DNA of 64,000 nt from Nitrospirota bacterium (GTDB taxonomy: Bacteria; Nitrospirota; Thermodesulfovibrionia; Thermodesulfovibrionales; UBA9159), in NCBI GenBank assembly GCA_963699545.1, contig CAVOUE010000003.1, positions 768,001 through 832,000 of the forward strand, written 5' to 3'. Under the pieces are notes generated by a model that was given only the letters and a program-made list of their open reading frames with translations, was not told where the DNA came from and ran no database searches. Shown here piece after piece: positions 1-12,700 of this stretch (its first letter is position 1; the number at the start of each line of letters is the position of its first letter). Both the position numbers and the translations under genes were made by a program.

Positions 1-2
1 CC

Positions 3-572
3 GAAAGGTGTATACGGTTCGCCTTCGATCTTACCAGGAAGAGAAACAAGACAAACAAACTCACCCTCTGCGGAAAGACCAACGTCCTCACCTTTGCCTT
101 TGATCTGTGGGAAAGGACCTTCTATGAGGTAGGGAAGGAATATCCCGGGATAAAGACCGATTATGCCCACGTGGACGCCATCACCATGTGGTTTGTGAAG
201 AATCCCGAGTGGTTCGATGTGATCGTCACGGACAATCTCTTCGGCGATATCATTACTGACCTGGGCGCCATGATCCAGGGAGGGCTCGGTATCGCAGCGG
301 GAGGGAACATCAACCCTCAAGGTGTCTCGATGTTTGAGCCCATGGGCGGGTCAGCGCCAAAATACAAGGGACAGAACGTCATTAATCCCCTTGCAGCCAT
401 TCTCGCTGCCGGGATGATGCTCGATCATCTTGGAGAAAGCAGGGCGGCCGGTGCGGTAGAGAAAGCGGTGATGGAGCTTACGGCGACAAAGATCAAAGGT
501 CTCGCTGCCGGCAAAATGGGCTATTCGACGACCGAGATCGGAGATATGATCGCCGATATGGTCGGGAGATAG
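3..572 (+). CDS. leuB: 3-isopropylmalate dehydrogenase (isocitrate/isopropylmalate DH family), 5'-truncated by window edge
   Basis: Frame open from base 3; motifs [40 protein letters not shown]. Confidence 0.8.
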   Translation, partial: ERCIRFAFDLTRKRNKTNKLTLCGKTNVLTFAFDLWERTFYEVGKEYPGIKTDYAHVDAITMWFVKNPEWFDVIVTDNLFGDIITDLGAMIQGGLGIAAGGNINPQGVSMFEPMGGSAPKYKGQNVINPLAAILAAGMMLDHLGESRAAGAVEKAVMELTATKIKGLAAGKMGYSTTEIGDMIADMVGR

Positions 573-631
573 AAGACGCGAGAAAGAGAGCACCTTGACG
601 GAAAGTCCTTAATTTTTTTATCAGGAGGTTT

Positions 632-3274
632 TTGATGGCGAGGAAGGCAAGTAAGTTCGTTTATTTCTTTGGGGGAGGGAAAGCTGACGGGAACGGTAAG
701 ATGAAGGACCTGCTTGGGGGCAAGGGGGCAGGACTTGCGGAGATGACGAACCTGAAGATCCCGGTTCCTGCCGGTTTCACCATTACCACGGCGGCGTGCA
801 ACGAATTCTTTACGAATAAGAAGAAATATCCCGCCGGCATGTGGGACCAGGTCTTGGTGAACCTCAAGAAGATCGAGAAGGCCATGGGAATGAAACTGGG
901 GGACAAGGAGAATCCTTTGCTCGTTTCCGTGCGGTCGGGCGCAAAATTTTCGATGCCCGGGATGATGGACACAGTGCTGAATCTCGGACTGAACGAGACC
1001 ACGCTGCGGGCGCTCGTCAGAAAGACCGGCAATGAACGGTTTGCATACGATGCGTACAGACGGTTTATCACCATGTTCGGAAGCATCGTTATGGGGATGG
1101 ACAGACAGGTGTTCGAAAAGGCTCTGGAGAAGATGAAGGAGATAAAAGGCGTTCACCTTGATACCGAGCTGGCAGCTGAAGACCTTAAGGAGCTCGCGGA
1201 GAAATTCAAAGCGATCTATCGGGCCGAGACCGGGACCGGGTTCCCTGATGATCCTCTTGAGCAGCTTAAGCTCGCGATCAACGCGGTCTTCGGATCATGG
1301 TTCGGTGACAGGGCGGTCAAGTACCGGAAGCTGAACGGAATACCGGAAAATCTCGGGACCGCATGTAGTGTCCAGGCCATGGTCTTTGGAAATATGGGGG
1401 ACAATTCAGGGACAGGCGTCGGCTTTACAAGGGATCCCTCCACCGGGGAGAAGAAGTTCTTTGCAGAATGTCTGATCAATGCCCAGGGTGAAGATGTGGT
1501 GGCGGGCATACGGACGCCGCTCCACATCGATGAACTGAAGAAGAGGTTGCCCGGCGCATATAAGGAGCTTGACGGCATTTACAAGAAGCTTGAGAAGCAT
1601 TACACGGATATGCTTGATATCGAGTTCACCGTTCAGGAAGGCAAGCTCTATATGCTCCAGACAAGGGTCGGGAAGAGGACTGCTGCGGCAGCGCTCAGGA
1701 TCGCCATCGATATGGTCAAGGAGAAACTTATCGACAAAAAGACAGCGGTCATGAGGATAGACCCGGATCAGCTCGACCAGCTCCTCCATCCCACCATAGA
1801 CCCCAAGGCGCTGTCAAAGTCGTTGCCAAAGGACTTCCCGCCTCGCCCGGAGGGCCGCGGTGGGCAAGGTTGTATTCTCCGGCGGACGATGCCGAGCAGT
1901 GGGCGGCGAGAGGCGAGAAGGTCATCCTGGTCAGATCCGAGACATCTCCTGAGGATATAGGGGGTATGCATGCGGCGCAGGGGATACTCACCGCCAGGGG
2001 CGGGATGACCTCTCATGCAGCGGTTGTGGCAAGGGGAATGGGGAAATGCTGCGTGGCCGGCTGCGGGACGATAAATATCGGCGAAGATCTGAAACATTTC
2101 GTTGTGGATAGCCATATCGTTAGGGAAGGTGAGTTCATATCACGCTCAACGGGTCCACCGGTGAGGTGATCCTTGGTCAGGTTTCGCTCACACAGCCCGA
2201 GCTTACCAGGGACTTCGGCACGATAATGAAGTGGAGCGATGAATTCAGGAGGATAGGGGTGAGGGCGAATGCCGATACACCGGCTGACGCCCGTCTGGCA
2301 AGACAGTTCGGTGCAGAAGGCATAGGACTGGTGAGGACAGAGCATATGTTCTTTGAGGGCGATAGGATAAAGGCGGTCCGTGAGATGATCCTTGCCGACG
2401 ACACTGCCGGGCGGAAAAAGGCGCTCGCAAAGATACTGCCGATGCAGAAGGGGGACTTTGTCGGGATATTTACCGAGATGAAGGGATTGCCGGTGACCAT
2501 ACGGCTCCTTGACCCGCCGTTGCACGAGTTTCTCCCCAAGACAGACGAGGAACTCGAACTGCTCTCAGAGGGATATGGGTGTTACCATTCGAACGGCTCA
2601 AGGCGAGGAACAAGTCGCTCCATGAGTTTAACCCCATGCTTGGCCACAGGGGGTGCAGGCTTGGCATCACCTATCCTGAGATCTATGAAATGCAGGTTCA
2701 GGCGATCATCGAGGCGGCCTGTGAGGTTGCGAAGAAGAAGATAAAGGTCATTCCCGAGATCATGATCCCGCTGGTTTCTGACGTGAGGGAACAGGAGGTT
2801 ATGCGGGAGATGACGGTGCGTATTGCCGAAGAGATCATAAAGAAACATAAGATAAAGATTCCTTACACCGTGGGAGCGATGATCGAGATCGCCCGCGCTG
2901 CCCTGACCGCGGATGAGATCGCAACCCAGGCAGAGTTCTTCTCGATGGGCACGAACGACCTTACCCAGACCACCTTCGGCCTTTCCCGCGATGACGCGGG
3001 CAGGTTCCTCCCCTACTATATCGAGAAAGGGATACTCCCGGATGATCCCTTTATCACCATTGACCGCAAAGGCGTGGGCGCCATGATGAGGATGGCGGTG
3101 GAAAAGGGAAGAAGGGTCAGGAAGAACCTGAAGATAGGGATCTGCGGGGAGCAGGTGGATACAAGGTCAGTGGAGTTTTGCGACGAGATCGGACTCACCT
3201 ATGTGAGCGCTTCACCGTACCGGTTGCCGATTGCCCGCCTTGCGGCGGCACAGTCGGCCTCAAGAAGAAGATGA
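632..3274 (+). CDS. ppdK: Pyruvate, phosphate dikinase, split by several frameshifts (ORFs 632-1960, 1870-2169, 2166-2744, 2579-3274)
   Basis: [45 protein letters not shown] (phospho-His), [26 protein letters not shown]. Confidence 0.95.
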
Positions 3275-3327
3275 AGAAGGACCTGAGCAAGGCGTCGGTC
3301 TAACGAGCCGAGAGCTGTCAATACACT

Positions 3328-3364
3328 GAGCGGGCGCGGGGGGTGATAACCCTGGCGCCCGCTC
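3328..3364. terminator. GC-rich hairpin between convergent ppdK and ggt, probable terminator
   Basis: GAGCGGGCGC...GCGCCCGCTC inverted repeat. Confidence 0.55.
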
Positions 3365-3379
3365 TTCATTTAACATCCT

Positions 3380-5171
3380 TCACCATCCCATGGCGTAGCC
3401 GGTTTCCATTCGCGGTGATGCAACCCCTGACAATACGCCGCTCTGCATGTCGAACCTGATCCCGACCACGCGGCCATTGCTCCAGTCGCCGGCAGTCTGG
3501 ACCTGATGTCCTTTCTCCCGAAGGGCAGAGAGCACAGACTCCTCAACGCGGCCTTCGATCACAAGGCCGCCAGGCTGAGCGCCGTGAGGATAGAACGAAC
3601 TGGGGAAATGGGTGGAATGAAAATTTGGCGCATCCACTGCAGCCTGCATATTCATATTGAAATCGATGCAATTTAAGAAGAACTGAAGCGTCCACTGGTC
3701 CTGCTGATCCCCTCCGGGCGTACCGAAGACCATGAACGGCCTGCCGTCCTTAAGCACGAGGGAGGGAGTAAGCGTTGTGCGCGGGCGCTTCCCCGGCTGG
3801 AGGGCATTGGCATGTGCGGGATCAAGATGGAAGACCTGCAAACGCGTTCCTAACGGGAAGCCCAGACCTTTCACGGCAGGAGAGCTTGCGAACCAGCCTC
3901 CGCTGGGTGTGGCGGCCACCATGTTTCCCCACCGGTCAACTACATCCAGATGCGTCGTATCTCCGGTATATACTTTTGGATCACCCTTCCTGCTCTCCGG
4001 CTCATGGGAGGGCGCGTTGCCGGGGCGGAGCTCCATTGAGGCGCGGTCGCGGTCGATCAGTTCCCGGCGCTTCGCTGCATAGTCTTTCGAAAGCAGTATA
4101 TTCAGAGGCACGTGGATAAAGTCCGGATCGCCATAATACTTCTCTCTGTCCGCAAAAGCCAGCTTTGAGGCCTCGACAAGAAGATGGATATACTCGGGAG
4201 AATTGTGGCCTAAAGAGGCAAGGTCATACCCTTCCAGCAGGTTCAGCTGCTGCAGAAAAACCGGGCCCTGGGTCCATGGACCGCACTTATACACATCATG
4301 GCCCCGATACGTCGCGGATACCGGCTCTTCAACGCGGGCGGAGTAACGGGACAGATCCTCCAGTGACAACAAGCCGCAATAGCTCTTGCCCGAGGCGTCG
4401 GGGAACCTGTTGTCCTGAGAGAACTTCACCATCTGCTCGGCCACCTCCCCCTTATAGAAAAGGTCGTGAGCTGCCTGGAGCCCCTCCCTGCGGCCCTGTC
4501 GCGACGCGCCGTGTTCCGCTACCGCAAGCTTCCTGAAGACATGAGCCAGGTCGGTCTGGACAAAGGGTTCTCCATAATCCGGAACGCGTCCGTTGGGCAA
4601 ATATATCTCGGCGGAGGTGGGCCATTCTTCCTGGAACCGCCGGCCATTCCGCTGGATAGCGAAATGGAGACCCCCATACATCGGGAATCCCCGCTCTGCG
4701 AGTTCAATGGCAGGTTCGAGAACATCCGACAACCGCATCGTCCCAAAAAGTGTCAACGCGGTGATCCATGTCGACATCGCATCCGGGACTGTGGCGGCGA
4801 GCAGCCCGTTCTCCGGGGATAACGTCGAACCCGCTTCCCTTGAACCACTCTATCGTCGCCCTCTTAGGAGCCGGCCCCTGACCGCTCAGGCTGACCACCC
4901 GACGCCCCCCTGCAAGGTAGATGAGGAGCGGGCCTTCTCCTCCGATACCATAAAGGTGGGGTTCAAGCACAGAGAGGGCAAAGCCCATCGCTGCCGCCGC
5001 GTCCACTGCATTGCCTCCGCTTTCGAGGATATGAAGGCCGATGCGGCTAGCGAGGTAATGCCCGCTGGTGACCATGCCGTTCATACCCATGACCACAGGG
5101 CGGGTGGTGAAATCATGGGGGCGGGGAGCGACCAAGGTGCTGAGAATGTCGCCCGGACGGTCAGCGGCCAT
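3380..5171 (-). CDS. ggt: Gamma-glutamyltransferase family protein (frameshift near 4780)
   Basis: GGNAVDAAAA N-terminus, GDTTHLDVVD (catalytic Thr), PGKRPRTTLTP, GTPGGDQQDQ. Confidence 0.9.
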
Positions 5172-5210
5172 CGCTTCTTTTCATCTCAACGGCAGAAGAG
5201 AAATATCCCG

Positions 5211-5927
5211 TCATTTCTCGCTCTCCCTCCGTCTTCTCTGCTTTTTCCGGAACAATATTCCTTCCACACTTTCCAGGTGACGGCGCATGGCCTGTTTCGC
5301 GGCATTCCCGTCGCCGCGTTTGATGGCGGAAAGAACTTCCTCATGTCCGCGAAGGGAGCCGTGAGCGCGCTCGTCATTCTGGAGGTAGCCTTCACGGGTC
5401 TTGGCAAGAAGGTCGACAATGGCGAGAAGTAAACGTTCCATGACCCGGTTCTTTGCCATCCCGGCAAGGCTGTTATGAAATGCCGAATCGGTCTCGACGA
5501 TATTAACGCCGCCGGCAAGGTCTTTTTCCTGTTTCTGCAGGATATCTTCGAGCTCTTTGATCTCTTCGCGCGTGGCATGTTCCGCGGCAAGCTGCGCTAT
5601 GACGGGTTCGATGATCTTGCGGATGAAGAAGATATCGGCGAGATCGTCCTTCTCGTGAAGGAGGGTTGCGGCCAGCGGCTGCACGAGGGCTTCTTCACTT
5701 GAGGCAAGAACGTACGTGCCGTCCCCCTGTCTGCTCTCCACGAGCCTCATGGATTCCAGGGTGCGGATCGCCTCCCGCACGGTGGCGCGGGAGACCTTGA
5801 AGGTATCCGTCAGTTCTCTTTCGGTCGGAAGCTGGTCGCCTTTCTTCAGCCTTCCCTTCTCGATGAGGTCGAAGATCTGCTTGACAATGTCCTCATATGC
5901 CCGTCTTTTTTCGACTGCCTTCAGCAT
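5211..5927 (-). CDS. FadR/GntR family transcriptional regulator
   Basis: GDQLPTERELTDTFKVSRATVREAI winged HTH; FCD domain DSAFH..A.N. Confidence 0.92.
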   Translation of the reverse strand: MLKAVEKRRAYEDIVKQIFDLIEKGRLKKGDQLPTERELTDTFKVSRATVREAIRTLESMRLVESRQGDGTYVLASSEEALVQPLAATLLHEKDDLADIFFIRKIIEPVIAQLAAEHATREEIKELEDILQKQEKDLAGGVNIVETDSAFHNSLAGMAKNRVMERLLLAIVDLLAKTREGYLQNDERAHGSLRGHEEVLSAIKRGDGNAAKQAMRRHLESVEGILFRKKQRRRRESEK

Positions 5928-6088
5928 GCTCGATCCTTTACTCGCCCCGGGTCATGGTGTCAGGAGGAGCGCACCATCCGCGAGTTCATCAGTTATTTTC
6001 TCCAACGCGAAATTTCCTCTTGTTACTTTAGCAGATTTGAGGAGCAATGTGTACGTGGCCTTCAAAAGGAGGATGAGGGTAAAAGGAA

Positions 6089-6171
6089 TGGTGCGAGAGA
6101 GGGGAGTCGAACCCCTATGGTTGCCCACTGGATCCTAAGTCCAGCGCGTCTGCCAGTTCCGCCACTCTCGC
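6089..6171 (-). tRNA. tRNA-Leu(TAG)
   Basis: Reverse complement GCGAGAGTGGCGGAACTGGCAGACGCGCTGGACTTAGGATCCAGTGGGCAACCATAGGGGTTCGACTCCCCTCTCTCGCACCA: cloverleaf, variable arm, TTCGA, encoded CCA. Confidence 0.95.
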
Positions 6172-6177
6172 TGATTG

Positions 6178-6206
6178 ATTGTAAAGGATTTTTGCTGCTT
6201 GGTCAA
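6178..6206 (-). promoter_or_regulatory. sigma70-like promoter of tRNA-Leu
   Basis: TTGACC-N17-TACAAT on minus strand just upstream of the tRNA. Confidence 0.6.
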
Positions 6207-6310
6207 ATACTCTCAGGGAATGATGTTGTCGAAGGCAGGATCAATCTCTTGTTTCAAAAGATATGACCCTCGCTTCAATAGGTTTCATGATCAAGGTTTG
6301 CACCTTTTTC

Positions 6311-6339
6311 TTGACCCCCCCCTCATTTGTCTTTATAAT
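6311..6339 (+). promoter_or_regulatory. sigma70-like promoter
   Basis: TTGACC-N17-TATAAT upstream of ORF at 6406. Confidence 0.55.
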
Positions 6340-6405
6340 TCATCAAAAGACCGCGTGCGGCATAAGAATGGCAGATCAGAACATATTGATTGTAAGCGTA
6401 TTGGG

Positions 6406-6795
6406 ATGAGACTCGTTTTTCGCCTTCTGGCCATGTTGGTAGTGGTTCCCGCCACATACTACTTCGTCTACTGGGTCCCGTTTTCGTTTGCCCCATTCCT
6501 TGAACAACGTTGGATACCCAGCATCATCTCTCTGCTCTGTGCGATTGGCGTTGGCTGGTACGTCTGGAAAAGGCTCGGCTCTACTTCAGGGGAGTGGATT
6601 TCGAGCACGTTATCTGGAGCCATCGTGCTTGGCGCTATCGGCTTTTGCGCTGGATTCTTCGGCCCTATTATTTTCACCCCGGGGGCGAATCAAGGCCCAT
6701 TGCTTGGCATTTTCATAACTGGCCCTCTGGGTTTTATCCTCGGAGGGGTTGGTGGCTTTATCTATTGGCTTGCTAAGAGACGGAGAGAATGCTAG
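6406..6795 (+). CDS. Small multi-pass membrane protein, unknown function
   Basis: About 4 hydrophobic segments, GFFGPIIFTPGANQGPLLGIFITGPLG. Confidence 0.7.
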   Translation: MRLVFRLLAMLVVVPATYYFVYWVPFSFAPFLEQRWIPSIISLLCAIGVGWYVWKRLGSTSGEWISSTLSGAIVLGAIGFCAGFFGPIIFTPGANQGPLLGIFITGPLGFILGGVGGFIYWLAKRRREC

Positions 6796-6862
6796 GGACA
6801 CATCCCCATTTTCTCGATAGCCTTTCCCGCGATCGAGACTGTAAAGCGCAAAAAAGTTAAGC
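6795..6862 (+). repeat. Left copy of ~69-bp imperfect inverted repeat (partner 27944-28012)
   Basis: gggacacatccccattttctcgatagcctttcccgcgatcgagactgtaaagcgcaaaaaagttaagc; by-hand alignment to the reverse complement of partner gives 7 substitutions + 2 indels. Confidence 0.85.
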
Positions 6863-6941
6863 TGCCGCGATTTGGATTGAATGCCGGGGAATGCTTCAAT
6901 GAAACCCGGGCATGCGGTATCCGCTCCGTGATAATGCCATC

Positions 6942-8033
6942 TCATTTCCCCGGGATCAGGAAGAAGAGAATCGAAAAGATAAGATAGACCGTCAGGAGTT
7001 GGACGCCCTTATACCAGTGGGTCTTTCCGCCGCTTGCCACAAAGGTGGCGATCAGAACACTCATGAAGACAAGGGTGATCTCTCCACGGGTAAAGGCAAG
7101 GATGAAGGGCTGCGGCGCGGCAAAGAGGCTCAGCAATACAAGCAGCGGCGCCACAAAAAGGGCGATCTGGACGCTGCTCCCGAGGGCTATCCCAATGGCC
7201 AGGTCCATCCGGTTCTTGCGGCCCATCATGACGGCAGAGCCCAGTTCCGCCGCCCCGCCCACCACCGCCAGTACGACGAGGCCGATGAATGTCTTCGATA
7301 TGCCGAGGTCCTTCGATGCTCCCTCTACGGCGCCTACCAGAATTTCACTCATCCACGCAGCCAAAAGTGATGCGGCAACGAGGAGGCCGACTGCCTTTCC
7401 TATGCTCCATTTGTGCTCCTCTTCTTCTGTATGGCTCTGATCTCCGCGGAAAAAGTCCGGATGGGTTTTGATCATGAACAGGAGGCTCAGGGCGTAGCTC
7501 ACCAGGAGGACGATGGCGATGCCAATGTTCAGGTAGCGCTCGTGATGGAGGGTCTCTTCTGTCACAAGGGTATGATACCCGCCCGGCACCATCAAGCTGA
7601 TCACTGCGAGCACCATCATGCTTGCCTGCATCCCCGCTGCACCGCGATTGAACTCCTGAATGTGATAGCGAAACCCTCCAAGCAGGAAGGCCAGTCCAAG
7701 ACCGAGGAGGAGATTGGCCAGAATGGCACCGACAAGCGAGGCACGAACCATGTCGGTCAAACCCGCTCTTAGGGCGACGAAGCAGATGATCAGCTCAGGG
7801 GCGTTACCGAAGGTCGCGTTGAGCAATCCGCCGATCGCGTCTCCGGTGCGGAGAGCGATCTGTTCGGTGGCCTGAACGATGAGGCTTGCAATGGGAATAA
7901 TCGAGAAAGCTGCACAGAGAAAAATGAGGACCGATTTGTCCGGCAGAGCATGTTCCATAAACAGGGTAACAGGAATAAAGACCAGAAGCCAGTTCAGTGA
8001 GGGTTTGAGAAAGCTATTTGCGCTCTTTGCCAT
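6942..8033 (-). CDS. Calcium/proton exchanger (CAX/ChaA, CaCA family)
   Basis: GGLLNATFGNAPELI and GIALGSSVQIALFVAP alpha repeats, multi-TM. Confidence 0.9.
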   Translation of the reverse strand: MAKSANSFLKPSLNWLLVFIPVTLFMEHALPDKSVLIFLCAAFSIIPIASLIVQATEQIALRTGDAIGGLLNATFGNAPELIICFVALRAGLTDMVRASLVGAILANLLLGLGLAFLLGGFRYHIQEFNRGAAGMQASMMVLAVISLMVPGGYHTLVTEETLHHERYLNIGIAIVLLVSYALSLLFMIKTHPDFFRGDQSHTEEEEHKWSIGKAVGLLVAASLLAAWMSEILVGAVEGASKDLGISKTFIGLVVLAVVGGAAELGSAVMMGRKNRMDLAIGIALGSSVQIALFVAPLLVLLSLFAAPQPFILAFTRGEITLVFMSVLIATFVASGGKTHWYKGVQLLTVYLIFSILFFLIPGK

Positions 8034-8039
8034 TCGTAT

Positions 8040-8153
8040 TCAATTCTCTTTATCGCCGTCAGCTGTCCCGATGAGCCCCACGTTGAAAAGGAAGACGACC
8101 GCCCCTACAAGGGAGATCGGGTTATAGAATGTCTGAGGGAACAATCTCTTCAC
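8040..8153 (-). pseudogene. 37-codon ORF resembling the membrane-anchor N-terminus of NapC/NirT-type cytochromes c (possible remnant)
   Basis: GTG start after GGAG; VKRLFPQTFYNPISLVGAVVFLFNVGLIGTADGDKEN*; resemblance is from recall only. Confidence 0.3.
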
Positions 8154-8238
8154 GATCTCTCCGCTCCTTCATGCGAGAGTAACGTCAAGAAGCCAGCCTG
8201 GAGCAGTCAGACCAGACCCTTGAAAAAAGGTACGCATC

Positions 8239-9739
8239 TCACTTCTGCTCCCGTGATGCCGGCAGATTTACCGGTGCAGAGGAGCCTTGGGCTACCGGTA
8301 CACCACCCGCAGGTTCCGTTGCCAGCCCCTCTGCCTTGACTACCCAACCCCCGCCCATAGCCTTGTATACATTCACGAGGGCCTGGAAGAGAACCCCTTG
8401 CGCTTGCGCATGTGTCAGTTCCGCACTGTAAAGTCTGCTCTCCGCATCGAGCACCTCGAGATAGCTGGTGTAACCGTTGTCATAACGCAACCACGCAAGG
8501 TGCGCATATTGACGAAGGGAGCCCACCTGTTGAACAAGGGTATCCAACTGCTCCCTCGTCCGCTTCTGGTCAACCAGGGCTATCATCCACCTCGCGGAAG
8601 GCCGTCTGGATGGACTGCTGATACGTGAGCAGCGCCTGTTGCTGCACTGCCTCGGCTGACTGCACCTGCCCTGCAATGGCGCCAGCCGTGAAGATCGGCG
8701 CTGTAACCGGGACCGCCCAGCTCCAGGTCTTTGCCGGTCCCTTGAAGAGATCTGAAAGATCATTGCTCGCCCATCCGAACAGCCCGGTGAGAGAGATGCT
8801 CGGGAAATACAGAGCCTTGGCAACACCGATGTTTGCATTGGCAGCGATAAGGTTCTGTTCAGCCTGACGGATATCAGGACGGTTCGCAAGGATGTCCGAA
8901 GGCAGGCCTGGCAGGGACTGCAGGAAGCATAAGTTCATCAATCGTCTTGCCGCGCGCAATGGGGCCGGGGTTGCGTCCCAGAAGCACGCTCAGGGCATTC
9001 TCCTGCTGGGCTGATGAGCTTCTCGAAGAAGGGGATGTTCGACAGGGCCTGTTCGTATTGGGACTTCGCCTGACTGACCTCGACTTCTGAGACAATCCCA
9101 TACTCGAAACGGAGTTTGAAGATGATCGTACGATTCCTTGTAACTCTTTGCGGTCTGCTCTCGTAAGTTCAAGCTGCTTGTCGAGGTCACGGAGGTTGAT
9201 ATAGGAGTTCGCCACTGAGCTGACAAGGGTAAGTATGACTGTTCTGCGTGCCTCCTCGGTGCTCAGGATGTTCGCACGTGCCGCCTCTGTTGCACGCCGC
9301 AGTTTCCCCCAAAGATCGATCTCCCAGCTGCGGCATTGAGGAAAAGCTCGGAACTATTGAACGTCGGGTTCGCCCCGGTGTCTGTCAAGGGGGCTCGGCC
9401 CTGTCAGTTCGCTTACCCGCTGTCTGTCCATAACCCGCACCGGCGCCTATCTGAGGAAAAAGCGCTGCGCGGGTGGTGCCATACTGACCGACGAACTCGC
9501 TCAACCCGTGCGGCAGCTATCTTCACGTCCTTGTTTTCTCTTAATGCCGTCTGGATGAGGTCATTGAGAACAGGATCATTGAACTGTTCCCACCAGGCGG
9601 TATTGGCAACGTCCTTTGCCTCTTTGTCTTCAAAGCGCCATGACTGTGGAGTATCAACTTGAGGGCGCTGGTAGTTCGGTCCCATCATGCAGCCGAAAAC
9701 AAGAAGGGCAAAAAACAAAGAAGCAATAATCTTACGCAT
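8239..9739 (-). CDS. RND efflux outer-membrane lipoprotein (NodT/OprM family), multiple frameshifts
   Basis: Lipobox VFGC, GPNYQRP, WWEQFNDPVLNDLI, LPSDILANRPDIRQAEQNL, YKAMGGGW. Confidence 0.9.
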
Positions 9740-9754
9740 GACTTTCTCCCTCCT

Positions 9755-12700
9755 TTATCCCGGCATGTCCGGTCGGTGGTGCTCCATGGCCTTCAGCCGC
9801 CCCGCCAGAGGCGGATGGACGCCGGTGTCACCCTTGTGTCCCAGCTTCTCCACCACATAGAAGGTGACCGGGATGAGGAAGATGGCGATGAAGGAGGCCG
9901 CCAGCATCCCGAAGATGACCGTGTATCCCCATGACCTGCCGGGAGATGGCGCCGGCCCCGCTGGCGATGGCCAGCGGCACGCAGCCGAGGATGAAGGCAA
10001 AGGAGGTCATGAGGATCGGCCTGAGGCGCAGTTTGGCCCCTTCCAGGGTCGCTTCCACCAGCGGTTTGCCCTTCTCATACTCCATCTTGGCGAATTCGAC
10101 GATGAGGATGGCGTTCTTGGCCGCCAGACCGATGAGCATGACCAGACCGATCTGGGCGTAGATGTTGTTCTCGAAAGACTCCGAACAGCAGGCCGGCAAA
10201 GGCCCCGGCCACGGCGACAGGCGTTCCGAGGAGGACCGAGAACGGCAGCGACCAGCTCTCGTACTGGGCCGCCAGGATCAGGAAGACGCAGAGGAACGAG
10301 AAGGCGAAGATCGCCATCGGCGACACTCCCTTCTGGGCCTTCTTCTCCTGGAACGACATGCCGCTGTAGTCGTACCCCATCTCCCGCGGCATGGTCTGGC
10401 TGAAGACCTCTTCCAGGGCCTTCATGGCCTGGGCCGAACTGAAGCCCGGGGCGGCCGTGGCGTTGATCTGGGCCGAGCGGTAGAGGTTGAAGCGCATGGT
10501 GAACTCCGGGCCGGTGATGTTGCGGACCGAGGTGAGCGCCGAGAGCGGCACCGTCTTCCCCTCGCTGTTGCGCACGTAGAACTGGCCGATGTTCTCGATG
10601 TTGGTCCGGTAGTCACCCTCGGCCTGGATGTAGACCTGCCACTGGCGGCCGAACTGGTTGAAGTAGTTGATGAAACCGCTCCCCATGAAGCTCTGCAGGA
10701 CCTTATAGACGTCGGCGATGTCGACCCCCTGCTTCAGCACCTTGTCCCGGTCCACATCCACGAACAGCTGCGGCACGGTGGGGAGGAAGGTGGTGGTGAC
10801 CCGGGCCAGCTCGGGCCGCTTTCTGGCCGCTTCGATGAATTTCTGCGTGTTCTCGGCCAGGAAGGCGACGTCCTTGCCGGCCCGGTCCTGCAGCATGAAG
10901 GTGACCCCGCCTGAGGTGCCGACCCCCATGATGGCCGGCGGCGGGAAGGCGAAGCCGATGGCGCCGGGAATGCCGGCCATCTTTTTCGAGATCGAGGCCT
11001 TGATCGCCTCGTACTGCTCTTCCGGCTTCTTCCGCTTGGCCCATTCCTCCAGGGAGATGAAGAAGAAGGCGCTGTAGGTGTTCTGCACCTGGCTCAGCAT
11101 GCTGTAGCCGACGATCGACGAGCAGTACTTGACCCCCGGGGTCTTGGTGATGATCTCTTCGGCCTGGCGGGCCACCTCGCCGGTCCGCTGCAGCGAGGCG
11201 GCGTCGGGCAGCTGGATGCCGGCAAAGATGAAGCCCTGGTCCTCGTCAGGGAGGAAGCCGGTGGGAATGCTCTTGCCCGCAACCCCGGCAAGGACCGTCA
11301 CGCCCAAGCAGCAGGAGCAGACTGGTCTTGCTCTTCCTGATGGCAGCGCCGCAGATGCCGACGTAGCCGTCAGTGGCCCGGCCGAAGACCCGGTTGAACC
11401 AGTCATAGAATTTCTGCAGCGGGCCGGTCCCCTTCTTCTTCGGCTTGAGCAGCAGTGCGCAGAGGGCCGGGGAGAGGGAGAGGGCGTTGAAGGCCGAGAT
11501 GATGACCGAGACGGCGATGGTCACGGCGAACTGCTGGTAGAGCTGTCCGGTGATGCCGGGGATGAAGGCCGTCGGGACAAAGACCGCCGCCAGGATGATG
11601 GCGATGGCGATGACCGGGCCGGAGACCTCCTCCATGGCCTTGAGGGCCGCATCCTTGGGTGACATTCCATGCTCGATATGGTGCTCCACCGCCTCGACCA
11701 CGACGATGGCGTCGTCCACGACCAGGCCGATGGCAAGGACCAGGCCGAAGAGGGAGAGGGTGTTGATGGAGAAGCCGAGCAGCGGGAAGAGGCGAAGGTT
11801 CCCACCAGCGACACCGGCACCGCCAGGAGCGGGATGAGGGTGGCCCGCCACCCCTGGAGGAAGATGAAGACCACGAGGATGACGAGGAGCAGGGCCTCGA
11901 AGAAGGTGTGCTTGATCTCCTTGATCCCCTCGGTGACCGCCAGGGTGGTGTCCAGCGCCACCGTGTAGTCCAGGTCAGGCGGGAAGCTCTTCTTCAGCTC
12001 CTCCATCAGCTTCTTGGTGCCGTTGGCGGCGTCCAGGGCGTTGGTCCCCGGCATCTGGTAGAGGGCGATCAGGGCACACGGCTTGCCGTTCAGGCGTCCT
12101 TCCATGTTGTAGGTCTGGGCTCCCAGTTCGATGCGGGCCACGTCCTTGACCCGGACGATGGAGCCGTCCGGATTGGCCCGCAGCACGATATTGCCGAACT
12201 GCTCCTCGCTCTGGAGCCGCCCCTGGGCCCGGACCGAGTAGGTGAACTCCTGCCCCTTCGGCACCGGCTGGGCCCCGACCTGTCCGGCCGGGTTCACGGT
12301 GTTCTGGGCCTTGACCGCGTTCATGATCTCCGGGATGGTGATGTTGAGCTTGGCCAGCTGGTCCGGCTTGACCCAGATCCGCATGGCGTACTGGCCGGCG
12401 CCGAAGACCGTGACGCTGGCGATCCCCTTGATGCGGGTCATCTGGTCGTTGATGTTGATGTAGGAGTAGTTGGCCAGGAAGATGTTGTCGTAGGTCCCGT
12501 TGGGGGAATAGAGGGCGAACATGATGAGCGGCGACGAGGTGGATTTCTGCCACCGTCACCCCGTAATTGATGACATCCTGCGGCAGCTGCGACTCCGCCT
12601 GGTTCTGCGCGCATCTGGGCGAGGATCTGGTCGGTGTTGGCGTCGGTCTTCAGGTCGAAGTAGTTGTAGAGGGTCATCATGCCCGTTGTTGGCGTTGATG

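Noticed and set aside
6089-6171. tRNA-Leu as integration site of an island
   Set aside because: No integrase in the window and no duplicate of the tRNA 3' end seen; the candidate block lies on the tRNA's 5' side
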